Assembly (NCBI RefSeq): GCF_001194135.2
Contig: NC_068984.1
Location: forward strand, 106,830,204 to 106,894,203
Source: Octopus bimaculoides
Taxonomy: Eukaryota
DNA length: 64,000 nucleotides
Reading direction: 5' to 3'
A program made the translations under genes and the position numbers. Positions 13,290 through 27,103 of this stretch are shown here, one piece after another. The stretch's first letter is position 1. Every line of letters begins with the position of its first letter. The notes below the pieces were generated by a model that saw only the letters and a program-made list of their open reading frames with translations, ran no database searches and was not told where the DNA came from.

Positions 13290-14640
13290 GATTATCTGAA
13301 AGTGTAGTTCATCAAATCTGTAGGAAAGCATTTCTAGGTATTCATGAACTATCAAATAAAAGCGTATGGAATGCAGTAAGAAAAAAAAAATGAACAAGGA
13401 GAAGGATCTAAAAGGGAAAAATATATCAAGAAATAAAATAAACAAAGTAAAGCTGAATAGAGTGACGAAACACGTTGAAAATTTATCTACATTCACAAGT
13501 CATTGCTCACGAGCATATTCTCCTAATAGGTTATTCTTGACTTCAGGTCCTACTAATTGAATCAAGAGTTTGTACCAGGATTATAATGTGTGTATGTTAG
13601 ATAACAGTCCTGAAGAGGAAATTGTAAGCATGGATTATTACAGAAAAATGTTGATGTCGCAACATAATATAAACATTCACCAACCAAAATCTGATATTTG
13701 TAAAACCTACGACAAATTTAAAGTTTCTATTGAAAATGCGTATGATGTGGAATCGTAGAATTCCATTGGACAAATATTAGATGTTTACGTGGATACAGCC
13801 AGCGATGCCAGAAATCTGTTGAACTCGTTCAAATCAAATGATGCCCCTAGTGTATTAGCAATCTATGAAAACGTATTGCAAGCTTCACACCAAGAGTGTA
13901 CTCTGATATAGCTTATTATAAATCTAGGTTATAGACGTACAATTTGAGTCTCTTCAACCATACAATGAATCAACCAATCATGTAATTGCTGGAAGTTGCA
14001 TACACCAATATATTAGGAAAAATAGCGACTGTGAGGTTAGAGAACTTTGTATGTATTTTCAGAAAAAACAAAAATATGAATTTAGATCTGATGTACTTAA
14101 AAAAAGTCTCTCTTGAACATTGCTCCATATTGAAAACATTTATCTACTTGCTGATCACACGATAGTACTCTGTGATATTCAATGGCCAAATTAAGCAAAA
14201 TATGAAAAAGTATTACAGTAATGTCATTTATACCGAAAAGGATTATGTTACAGCAATAACTATTGCTGTTTCGCATCACTTTCTATTTGTAGAAACGAAA
14301 CAGAGCAATTTTCTTGAGGTTGATGTCCTGAAATTATGCATTGTGAAGAAGAAATCAGGAGCTGCTGAGTCTACTGATGCAAGAAATTTAATATTTGATT
14401 TTAAAAGCATACGTCATTGCCACTGCTTATCATACAATCTCTGATAATTAATATCCTGTCAGATTGCATAGAGGCAAAAAAATTTATAATGCCAGTTCAT
14501 TCAACCTATCCTAGCATACACGCGAAATGAACTGTTACCAATATAAAAAAATGGAAGACCTCAAAGAATTGACACTTTTGATGACAACAAATGCAGCGAA
14601 TCACTATCAGAATTAGTAAACAGAGACCCTGCTGAATCAA
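13290..14640 (+). mobile_element. Decayed Sola1-like DNA transposase
   Basis: ICRKAFLGIHELS; HVENLSTFTSHCSRAYSPNRLFL; SLYQDY...VSMDYYRKMLMSQHNINIHQPKSDICKTYD; IAYYKSRL*TYNLSLFN; ..PIKKMEDLKEL. Superfamily assigned from remembered motif order. Confidence 0.65.
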
Positions 14641-16017
14641 GTACCACAACATTGGGCGACGATGTAAACAACGAATTACACTAATAATATAAATATATAT
14701 AAACAGATAGATATAAATACGGAATTTTCTGTTAATATATCCATGTTTGATAATGCATTCTATTTCCTAAACAAACAAATCTATAAGCTAGTTGTAAATT
14801 AAAAAGATATGATTTTTAAAAATTCAATTGTGTTTTTGTCTCAATGCATCAACACTTATTATGCAATAATAGATCACATACATACGTATAAATAAACAAT
14901 TCACTAAATCACAATAACAACAAAGCTGAAACATCCACATTGTTTGTAAAACTTCAAACGGCTTTTGATGCAAAGTTGTAAAATGTTAAATGTTTCCTTC
15001 TTCCACAGAACACTTCACATAAACTGATATAAATTATCTGTGAATAGAAGAAATTTTAGCAGCTTTGTTCATGGTTGTAATGTTAAAAGTGACAATAAGC
15101 ATAAAAACAACAATGTCAATAATGTAGAAATAACTAATACCATACATCATAATTCCCTACGATATCATTCTTTTATTAGTGCCAGAATATTTATCCTGCA
15201 TTGCTATAAGAATTTTATCACATTCTATAGGACAAAACAAAATGTAGCAGTACTAATGAGGGCTTACGATATACTATTTACATAGGACTGACTTAGCTAA
15301 ACTAAATTTTTAAAAAACTCATATGAATATTATAGTCGTTTAAAAACTCTTATCTAATTGATGGTTCCTATAAACAATTAATAATGAAGCTCAGTATAAT
15401 AAAGCGTGAATATCTATTGATGTAAGGGAGTTAAACGTTTCCCCATATGCTTGCATTCTCATAACAGAAATATCGTGTTAATACAGAATGTACCGTTGCA
15501 AAAGATAAATGTAACCAATACAGAATAGACGATTAGGAGAATGGGGGGAAAAGTGAAGAATAGATAATCTATGTAGGATGCATAGTAACGTACTCCAGGT
15601 GATTAGGATTATCTTCAGAAAAAAAAAACAAAAATAAAAAAATTCCTTCTATCCAATACGATAATAAGATATAATCCAAACACTGAACAACCACGACTGC
15701 AAAGGAAATACTTAAAGCTAGCCAAAACTGACTATGCAGTAACAGCAGAGAAGTAGGTGTTGCGACAAAAAAGTAAACTTTTAAAACGAAGATAAACATA
15801 GCTAACATATGGTAGATTGTGCAGTAACAACAGAAATTGCAACCACAAGACAATATCTAATCCATGATTTGTTTTAAATAGTTGTGGAGGCTAGTAGAAC
15901 CCAGGTATTGGCAACGTTCCAAATAATATTTGAGATAGTGAGATAGTAAACAGCCAAATAAAGTCAACCTTCAAAACTATTTTGAAGAATTCATACCATA
16001 TAATCAGGTCTTCAAGA

Positions 16018-16067
<50 letters not shown>

Positions 16068-16139
16068 NNNNNNNNNNNNNNNNNNNNNNNNNNNNNNNNN
16101 NNNNNNNNNNNNNNNNNNNNNNNNNNNNNNNNNNNNNNN

Positions 16140-16178
<39 letters not shown>

Positions 16179-18263
16179 ACACATGCATGCGCGTTTGTGT
16201 GTGAATGTGTGCGTCTTTTTAAACAAAGAATTACTTCCTGTATTGAAGATGTAAATACAAATTCTATAAAAAATTGACTGGCTGTTTATAAGCAAAGATC
16301 CACTAGATGATACGAAATACGCGTAAAGAATGATTTTACCTACAAGAACGTCACTGATTAGATCTAAGACCACTGGTTTACCAAATGACACCATGGTAAA
16401 TTTCACTAAAACATCAATAGAGAAGTGGTAGGCAATAGCATCACGCCTCTCGGATATTCCCAATTCACAGTAAATCTGATCTCCATCTCATCCTATACTT
16501 GTGACTTTAGAGTCAGTTGATATAAATGCAAAATTTTGGTAATATATGAGAAGATAGAAAATATAGGTCATCTGTTATCATCTATTCATGTTCGACTTTA
16601 AATTTCATATTGAAAAGTATCTCAGCTTGACAGTTTCCTCAGTAAATAGAGCAACGTCCTTTTTCATCAGAAAATGCATTCGATTTCAGGCCTAAAATAG
16701 CAGCAAAGATAGACATGTTCAGATCAGATAAGTCAGTCAGGGCGAAAGACTCGAAAAGAATATCTTGAATTAGCCTCTATGCCCAGGAATTAAATATTTT
16801 TACATAAATAAAAATTAGTTTTGGCTCCAATGAAAAAAAAATGGCCTGAATGAGCTTACACGAGCGACAATACCTGCCACACAATATCACTCTATCACTG
16901 CTAGATATTAAACTTAAAAGGAATATGCACAATTCCTACAACGAAGACAACAAATGTAACTTGCACGTTTTACTTTCTGACACAGTATTTCATCATCTTC
17001 CTATCAATTTTCACTGTTCTTTTCCTGGGGTGGAGTTTTGATGTAATCCAAGAGAAATTGTTTCTCTTCACTTGTCTCAGCTGTTCTAAGCTAGGTTTTC
17101 TTTTCCTCTTTGCTTTTTACTGAGCCTTTGGTGATTTGCCACTATAATTATTGCTTCATCACCAGCTGAAAGTGATACTACCGGCTGGTATTATTTGGTA
17201 TCGATGATTTGCTGCCTATTTATGACAGTGGAGCTAAAGAAATAACCTTTGCTATCCCCTGAGTTTAAATTGGTGGTAGCAATAAAGAAATGGTTATAAC
17301 ATTTATGATGTGTAATTGAAATACTTATCATCTGTTTTTGTTGTAATATTTATTTTCAAAATCTTTCTAAAACTTTCTCTGATTCAGATTTACTTATTGT
17401 TCAACATTTGGGAGCATAAGTTGCATGTTCGGTTAAGAAGCGGGGAGAAGACGAAATATTTTGTAACAATTGGTTTACGCACTTTATCACCTTTTAAGTT
17501 TAATCAAAAGGGTATTTTTTCCTCTATTCCTATTTTTAAATATATCTACACTTAATATACTAGGAGCAAGAACGGTGGTTGACAGATTTGTTACTGCTAG
17601 CTTCTGTGTAAAACTCACGCTCAGATCAGTTTTTCTTAATATCCTTACGGGGTCAAGTACTAAGTTCATTTTCGTCCACTAACTCCACTTGAAAATTTCT
17701 TGTACAATGCATATGTTTTCTGTTAATTGTGCTATGTATTACATCCAAAGTATATATTTTGATTAAGTGTAGTCATCATCTGGAAATCTTTTCTATTAAC
17801 TGGGGCCTGGTTAAGTGAAATCTTTCATTGTCTGAGATATATCTTAGAACGCTATATAATGGACAAGACAAAAGTCTTTAGGGAAACATTAGATTCAATG
17901 ATTCATTTGAACAGTAAAATAGAATTATTCATAGGAAGAGAAAACTAAATGTTTTAAAGCGTATTTTTTCGTGCTATTCAGAATAGATTATCTGTGTATT
18001 TTATTTGCTGAGAATCGTAATTCTTTGAAATAATCAACTTTTTTGTTTTATCCTTCATTGTCCGTCTGTACCTAAATACAATGAGTCTGTCTGTACCCTT
18101 ATGGCATGAAAAATAGTTGAATTATGCATTAGATGTGGCTTGGAATAAATCTAAGAATGATTATAACTAGGGAATCGATTTTATATCCAACGCGTATTTA
18201 CACCAGTTTTAAAGAAATGTAATTGTAAAAGATACAAGATTACTAGTGTAACTGAAACTGCAA

Positions 18264-18387
18264 CTAACCGATTTGTTGGTTTGCTTCTCAAGGAAGCTAA
18301 CCGATTCGTTGGTTTGCTTCTCAAGGAAGCTAACCGATTCGTTGGTTTGCTTCTCAAGGAAGCTAACCGATTCGTTGGTTTGCTTCT
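18264..18387 (+). repeat. 33-bp minisatellite, 3.75 near-identical copies
   Basis: Unit CTAACCGATTCGTTGGTTTGCTTCTCAAGGAAG at 18264, 18297, 18330 and a partial copy at 18363. Confidence 0.97.
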
Positions 18388-18439
18388 AATTTATGTCACT
18401 TATTGTTTATATATTCTTGTACAAAAAGTCACATTCCGT

Positions 18440-18702
18440 TCTGAGTACTCCCCAAGAAAGTACGTATCGTCGTCGATGGCGGCGGTGGGTTTATCTCGTA
18501 TCCGAGAATTTATTTTCTTCTTTGCTGAATGTTTCCTTCATGGTAATGCCGTCGATGACTCTGTAGACCAATTCTTGCATAGAAGAGCATTGACTGTATG
18601 GCAATGTTGGTGGAGTACGAGGTTGATTTTGTCGATTCTCTCTCTCCTGTTGTTTGATTTCTTCCTTTTCTCTTCTGGTGGCTTCCGGTGACTTCTGGTG
18701 AC
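18440..18702 (-). mobile_element. 3' end of an RTE-clade LINE
   Basis: Two frames join to KQQERENRQNQPRTPPTLPYSQC / LFYARIGLQSHRRH, the C-terminal C..C..RIGL.SH..H motif of RTE ORF2, followed by a short 3' tail. Confidence 0.75.
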
Positions 18703-19436
18703 CTATATAATAGTGCATATATAAACATTTATATGTATATGTGTGTGCGTATATCTATATGTATATTTTCTTTCTCTCACTGATTTAGCTAGTACAATTT
18801 CTGACTTCATATAAATGGCTACGTCTATTTTTAGAAATTGACCATTATATCTTCTTATTCTTCCCTTCGTTTTTGAGGTTTACTGCTCACTTTTAGTACC
18901 CCACTCTGTACCATATTCTTTATCTATCTCTCCACCTTAGTGCCTTTTCAAACATATCAACCCACCTCCAACTTCTCATACATATTCCTTCCTCACATTC
19001 TTATCTCTTCTTTCTATCCATCCCCCTATTCTTTTTATCTACTGATAGCTCTCCTCTTCCTACTCCCTCACAATATCTTGACCACCATCTAGCACTCCGT
19101 TTTTCCTTTTTTCTTTCACTTTCCTCTTTCCTTCTAATTCTCAAAATTTCATTTGCACTACAAAATCCTTTTGAATGAACAGCACATGGAATTAATATCT
19201 GCAAACAATCCAGCTGAAACAATAATATATGAACACCTATCGGAATTTACATACAATAGATAAGAAGCCTCTTTACCCATTCTACACAGTACATTCCTTG
19301 GATAACGGAACAGTAACTTTAAAATCCAACATATATTTTTATTCTCTTATTTTCCTTTGTACCTCCTGTATCTCTCTCTTTCCAAAATAACTTCTTATAT
19401 AATGAACTCTACTATTTTCTTCTATTGAAACTCTTT

Positions 19437-19495
19437 TATATCGTCTCTGACGATGGGTTATATTTTATATCCCTGAAACAGCTGTAAGACTATAT
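19437..19495 (+). ncRNA. Type I hammerhead ribozyme candidate, apparently intact
   Basis: tatc-gtct-CTGACGA(19447-19453)-t-gggttat-atttt-atatccc-t-GAA-ACAGCTGT-A(19486)-agac-tata. Conserved core, GUA cleavage triplet, stem I 4 bp + mismatch + 4 bp, palindromic stem III. Confidence 0.75.
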
Positions 19496-20126
19496 TTCTC
19501 TTTATAAATGTCCTAAAAATATCACACTGCCTTGGCCTTGCTATCTCATCGTATTTAGCATATNNNNNNNNNNNNNNNNNNNNNNNNNNNNNNNNNNNNN
19601 NNNNNNNNNNNNNNNNNNNNNNNNNNNNNNNNNNNNNNNNNNNNNNNNNNNNNNNNNNNNNNNNNNNNNNNNNNNNNNNNNNNNNNNNNNNNNNNNNNNN
19701 NNNNNNNNNNNNNNNNNNNNNNNNNNNNNNNNNNNNNNNNNNNNNNNNNNNNNNNNNNNNNNNNNNNNNNNNNNNNNNNNNNNNNNNNNNNNNNNNNNNN
19801 NNNNNNNNNNNNNNNNNNNNNNNNNNNNNNNNNNNNNNNNNNNNNNNNNNNNNNNNNNNNNNNNNNNNNNNNNNNNNNNNNNNNNNNNNNNNNNNNNNNN
19901 NNNNNNNNNNNNNNNNNNNNNNNNNNNNNNNNNNNNNNNNNNNNNNNNNNNNNNNNNNNNNNNNNNATATATACACTAAAACTTGTAAAATACTGGGGAA
20001 TATTCAAGTAAAATATAGCGATAGAGAAGACATAGTTGAAAAATGAAAGCCAACACACGAACACCCGCACATTTATTACGTATGTATTTCTCTAACCTTT
20101 CTCTCTCTATTCTCTCACTTCTCTCT

Positions 20127-20166
<40 letters not shown>

Positions 20167-21081
20167 ACTCTTCTCTCCACACACACACACACACACATTT
20201 ACATATATACATCAGAAATAAAAGGGGTTAATATATCCAGGCAGATATCTAAAAAGCACTGTGTAAAACGAACTTGGTTGACTATATGAAACAATCAGAT
20301 ACCAATAAACTGAAATTGAATTAGCAGCCGAGGTAACTCTTCATGTATGACAATTAAATCCAAATATCGTTTGTAAAAAATTCAAGAAATTCGGTGTATA
20401 GGACAAGAACAAGAAAGACAGAAAAAAAGAATAATAAATAATAATCTTTAATTTATGATTCCACCACACATTACCGATAATCATGCCTATTGAACCAGCA
20501 TATAGTTATATATTAGAAATATTTTCTCAGTTCACTTTGAATTTTGCCCATTTTGGATTGCGTTGATAACGTAGTTTTATATATGTTCGTATATATTAAT
20601 TTTACTGGTATTTATTAACCTTCTACTATATCTGAATATGCTGGCACCATAGAAACGCTCAACGGTAATGTACGGTGTAATCACCCGTTAAAGATGTGGC
20701 TTTCTCCATTTTTATGATTCTTGTATGTGTGTGTAATTTCTATATGTGTATTTATTTATATATTGCATATATCATTTGAAATACGTATACATATATACAC
20801 ACCCATACATGTATTCATATAGGTGTGTGTCTGTTTATGTGTGTGTGTGTGTGTGTGTGTGTTTATGTGTGTGCGCGTGTGTGTTTATGTGTGTGTGTTT
20901 GTGTACCTACGTTCCTTTATGAAGAATGAATCAGAAAGGAGAATCTTCTGTATATATCGTAAAGGATATGATTCATTAATTGACTTTGTCTCCTGACACG
21001 CGCTTATTGTCGCTGCGGTCTTCAGGTGAAGATCTCATTCTCGCAAAACTCCAGTCAGAAAGGAAAATATTAGTTTTAGTT

Positions 21082-21130
<49 letters not shown>

Positions 21131-21384
21131 CCCCCCACACACACACACATAAATATGTATGTATTTATGTATGTATGTATACATGTTTGCATGCGTGTAT
21201 GTTTGTATGTATTTATGTATTTCGCTTAAGTTTTGCGAGACCAATAACCCGTTGTAGAACTCAATACACGTACGTACATTTCAGAAGGGGCTCCGATGAA
21301 GATATAAGGTGTTATTCAGGCACTCAAGTATGAGTCCACAGCATCTATTAGCAGAAACATCTGTAAGCTAATAAAGTTCACAAG

Positions 21385-22805
<1,421 letters not shown>

Positions 22806-23479
22806 TACTGAAATATCGATGTTAGCAGAATAAGATATAAGTGTATGACGTAGTGGCAGTGGTGTGAGGTCTGCTTGAGTTATATATAACATCAAAGGCT
22901 TGGTTGCTCATGTGTTGCAAGTTTCCGCTCACAATCGCTCGAAGCCTCGTAAACAGATTTAAACGTAAATAAACTGCAACAGCTTCCGGCAAGATGATGG
23001 ATAAAATGGTAAAATAATAAAAACACATTTTTTAAAGATGATGAAGAATTTCGTTTCCTGCTTTTGTCGTCATTATCATCTCATTAATATGCATAGACAC
23101 AGTTCCACTTAAAACCTCCTTGCCTGGAATTTTGACCTTACATTGGTGAATAAATTAGCAAATAATACCATGTATTGTTATGATTATTTTGATTGTCAAA
23201 AGTAGTTAAATGAGACATGAGAAAGGAAGAAAATTCCTTGAATTAAATGCCTACATTTTACGTTTCGCGATCAAATTTTTCGGGATGAGTTTTGCTTATT
23301 TTTATCTCTTCGGTATTGATAAAATATGTATCAGTATAATACTGTAACAAATTGAAGAGACGACAACCATGTCTGAAATCTGAGTTTGGCCAACGCTCGA
23401 ATTGTTTATATTGACCGGTATGATCGTTAGAGTGTTGACATAGACACTTTGCAGTATGTAATCACAACTATTTTCGTTC

Positions 23480-24300
23480 AAACATCTCATTAAATTCTCT
23501 TCTCTCCAATTCTGAAATGGGACACTGAATTCTGTGTGATGTATTCAATCAAAGACATCCTTCACATTTATTGCTTACTTTGTATATTGCTTCTTACTGT
23601 GCTCACTATCTTCCAGAACTAGTCCTTTCCGATCCACCAATGATATAACAAACAACTTCGAAAGTATCTCCGGTCGCTTCTAGTTGACTGTGTCAATGTC
23701 CCTTTCGTCACACTCAAATAAAGATTCTATCGATGTTTGTATCATCTTTTCTCACTCCTTTCTAACATCTTAACGACTGTAAATCCCTGTTCCTTTTTGC
23801 CATCGAAAATAGGTTGAAACAGTATAACTGCTCTTGGCTTAACATAGTATTCTATGCTGCGTGGTACACGAATCTCTCTTTACTTCTGTCGTGAGATTCC
23901 CTAAGATACTAACCACAAGGCTTTTGGATTGGCTTCAGTTTATCAATATTTTTTATAATCTCAGCACTTTGTACAGACACAATTCGTCTCAGAATATTCA
24001 AGTATAGCATTATGATAGGGAAAAGTTTGTAAATGATACCACGTCTTTGTTGATTTGTTACTAATGCCAAATAGGGGAAGGAAAGAAAATAGAAAAATTG
24101 TATGAGTTTGTAGAAAAGTAAAGCGATGAGGTGAAGAATATTGTAGATGAGAATTATGATGATGACCACCACAACGATGGGTTTTATATTTTTCACTGGC
24201 TGTATAACGAACCTCTATATTTTGAAGGGTTGTCCTGAATCCCACACGATCAACAAATATATGTTAAGCAAAACCAGGATGTAAATGAAATTGCAAAGTG
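23480..24300 (-). mobile_element. R4/Dong-like LINE 3' fragment, decayed
   Basis: Minus-strand readings TNIDRIF...KGH (cf. DVDRLY.PR..GGRG) and LALV...ILRRIVSVQSAEII (cf. the terminal IQK..LL.SA.IL motif). Confidence 0.6.
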
Positions 24301-26424
24301 AACCGAGAGGATTGGCGTACTAAACTCTAAACCCGAATATTCTCAGCTTGTTTGAATACTGTTCTCAATAGTTCAACCGGTGAAACAAGGTAAAGCAGAT
24401 AAAAAAAATATGCATCTTTGTCAGAAAGAAAGGCCTGCAGCAGGCTTGAAATCGAAATCCTCGAAGAGTGATTCAACATTTTTTTTTCCTTTTTAAAAAT
24501 AATATACAAAAGTATATCTATAAATCGAAGGACCATCTTTTAAATATACGGGTATCTACAGTGCTTGTGTTCTCACATTGACACATTGTATCAATTTAAT
24601 TCCTTTGCAAAATATTACAGATTTTTGAGGGAAAGAAAGAAAGTCATTTCAGTTGTTCCATCACATGAACACTGGTAATTATTCTATCGCTTTGAATGAC
24701 AAAGTAAATCCCGGTGAGGTTTACAACTAGAATGTAAAAGGATATGCGTCACTACCGCAATAACTGCAACGCGTTGTTATCATCATACATTCTTTAACAA
24801 TCTAACGTTTGTGCCTCTCAACGCCCTGCTACTTTATATTACTATTAGCTTATGATATATTGTGTCATATTCTTTTAAGGTTTTACAAATCCAGAGACAC
24901 TTGAGATCCATTATAGCAATCCATAATATGGTTTCAGAAACGAAGCCTCAATATCTGTTTTTCTTTTTTTGAATAGTAAAGTAGCAAGATGTATCGGATT
25001 TCGATTTACAAACTCGGAAGATTTTTATAAATATGCATAAGAATGAAATTTGAATTTTTATGTCGTTTCTTGTGGTGATAGTATATTTCCTTCATTGCTG
25101 AAGACAAAAAAATAATCATGAATAACGAAGCTGACAAAAAATGTTTCTTTTGTGGAGATACAGAAAAAATATATCGAAATATTTCGGAACTTGTTGAAAT
25201 TCCCTTTGCTGAGAAATAGTTCAGTTCTGTATAACATTTTAAATTGTTTCTAGAAAAACCATCGTAGAATCTTTATCTTGAAAAGAAGAGAAAAACTCAA
25301 CGTTGATGAAATATGGTGTTATCTATTCAAATTAATCACAAAGTCCCACAGTTGCATGAATATTTATTTTAGTCAAACGATGTATCACTTGGTGATTTAT
25401 TGACTGTGGGAAGCTCTTTCTACATTTATTTGTATACAAGCCATGTAAATAAACTAAAACACCTCCATCTAGTTAGTACTGACAAATTCAACAATCATTT
25501 AGATTGCGGTGGTGTACGAAGTAATCACGGCTTCAGGTGTATTTACACTTTCCAGAATTTTAATTGCTATCCAATCACCTCCTCGCGTGGAATATTACTT
25601 TGAAAATTAAGTCTAGCTCATCAGGATTTAGGGATTTCATCATTTATTTACAGCATGCACTTAGACGGCTGAAGATTTGCGACAAGCATATCAAAAGTAG
25701 ATTCGTATCAACTATGTCAGCTGCCCGCTATCGATGGCTGCAGAAAGCAAGTAACCCACCAGGCACAGTAATCTACTTGTGCAATGTATCTGTCAAATGT
25801 ACCTCTTTCTTTAGAGGGATATCATCTTTATGTGTCTGTATTGATGGTTTTTTAATCAAAGCTGAAGAGAAGACAACGACGGCAACAACGTCGGCAACAA
25901 CGTCAATGGTGCACAGGTTTTGCAATGCTTCAATCTGTTTCTGAAATTAATGCAGATAAAACTGAGAACTCGAAGGTTGAGCTGCTAACATGTAGGTGAA
26001 ACGGACAAGACTACTGTATATAACAACCTTTAAATCCAATCAACACAAATGTATCTGCAAGTAACGCTGTCGACATGACAAAAAGAACTCGCCAAATTTC
26101 CAGCAACATGTCTTTCTTCATAATCACAGTCCCTAAATTATAGTCTAGACTGTCTAAATTTATGAAGGAATTGCAGGAGCCAAAGTTTCAATCACATGAA
26201 AGCCTAAGAAAAATAACGAATTCTGGCTCACTGTTGCCTTCAATGTGGCTCCCTTCAAATGTTTCCTACTTTAGAACAATGAAAGTCTCCTGATCACTAT
26301 AAGTAGTCCGCTCGTTTTACGACCCGGCCACAAAATCTGTACATTATACGGGTTTGGTGTGGTCCTTTGATACGTCACGATGCATTACAGGCATGTATGA
26401 TGTAGTGCTTCAGAAACATTCCCA

Positions 26425-26665
26425 GGCGGCTAGCTGGCAGAAACGTTAGCACGCCGGACGAAATGCTTAGCTGTATTTCGTTTGCCATTACGTTCTGAGT
26501 TCAAATTCCGCAGAGGTCGACTTTGCCTTTCATTCTTTCGGGGTCGATTAAATAAGTACCAGTTACGCACTGGGGTCGATATAATCGACTTAATCCCTTT
26601 GTCTGTCCTTGTTTGTTCCCTCTATGTTTAGCCCCTTGTGGGCAATAAAGAAATAAGAAACATTC
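26425..26665 (+). mobile_element. tRNA-derived SINE, near full length
   Basis: GGCGGCTAGCTGGCAGAAACGTTAGCACGCC (A-box-like head), GAGTTCAAATTCC (B-box), shared body with other copies. Confidence 0.9.
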
Positions 26666-27046
26666 CCTTCGTCGATTTATCTGGGATGATACACGCTTGA
26701 GTATGTTTAAGCCGTATATGTTTGAGCACAAGTTAAGTAAACCGGAAAAGAAAATGACAGTACATATAAACAGTAAATTATCCACACACACATTGATATA
26801 TTCAATCCTTGCACAGTAGTCATACCTCCTGATAAATGATATTTACCATGAACACTAATATCAGTGTGGTTTTGACCAGTGAATGACCGGTGAGAGCTGT
26901 CTTACAGATTATATTTGAAATCAGGTGAAAGAATAACGGTGCCTCTGAAGTGTAGTCCACTTAACTGCATGAAGGTTTCGGAGATTTAATATATGTTTCT
27001 AGTGAATTAAGAAAGTGTTCTCAAAAACAGAACAAAATATTTATAA

Positions 27047-27103
27047 CGGAATTGAACTCATACCCTATGAATAGTATATACCAGTACCTAAACTACTTGG
27101 CCA
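27047..27103 (-). mobile_element. Isolated tRNA-like SINE head remnant
   Basis: TGGCCAAGTAGTTTAGG...GAGTTCAATTCCG gives A/B-box spacing but no good cloverleaf. Confidence 0.5.

Noticed and set aside
16629-16676. CTGATGA...GAAACTGTC on the minus strand
   Set aside because: Neither stem I nor stem II can form.
18264-18387. 33-bp palindromic repeats as a CRISPR array
   Set aside because: Units are contiguous with no spacers, there are no cas genes, and the context is eukaryotic.
18491-18702. Protein-like minus-strand ORF after an AG, read as a host terminal exon
   Set aside because: Combining two frames gives the RTE LINE C-terminal motif (PTLP.SQC...RIGL.SH..H), so it is a retrotransposon tail.
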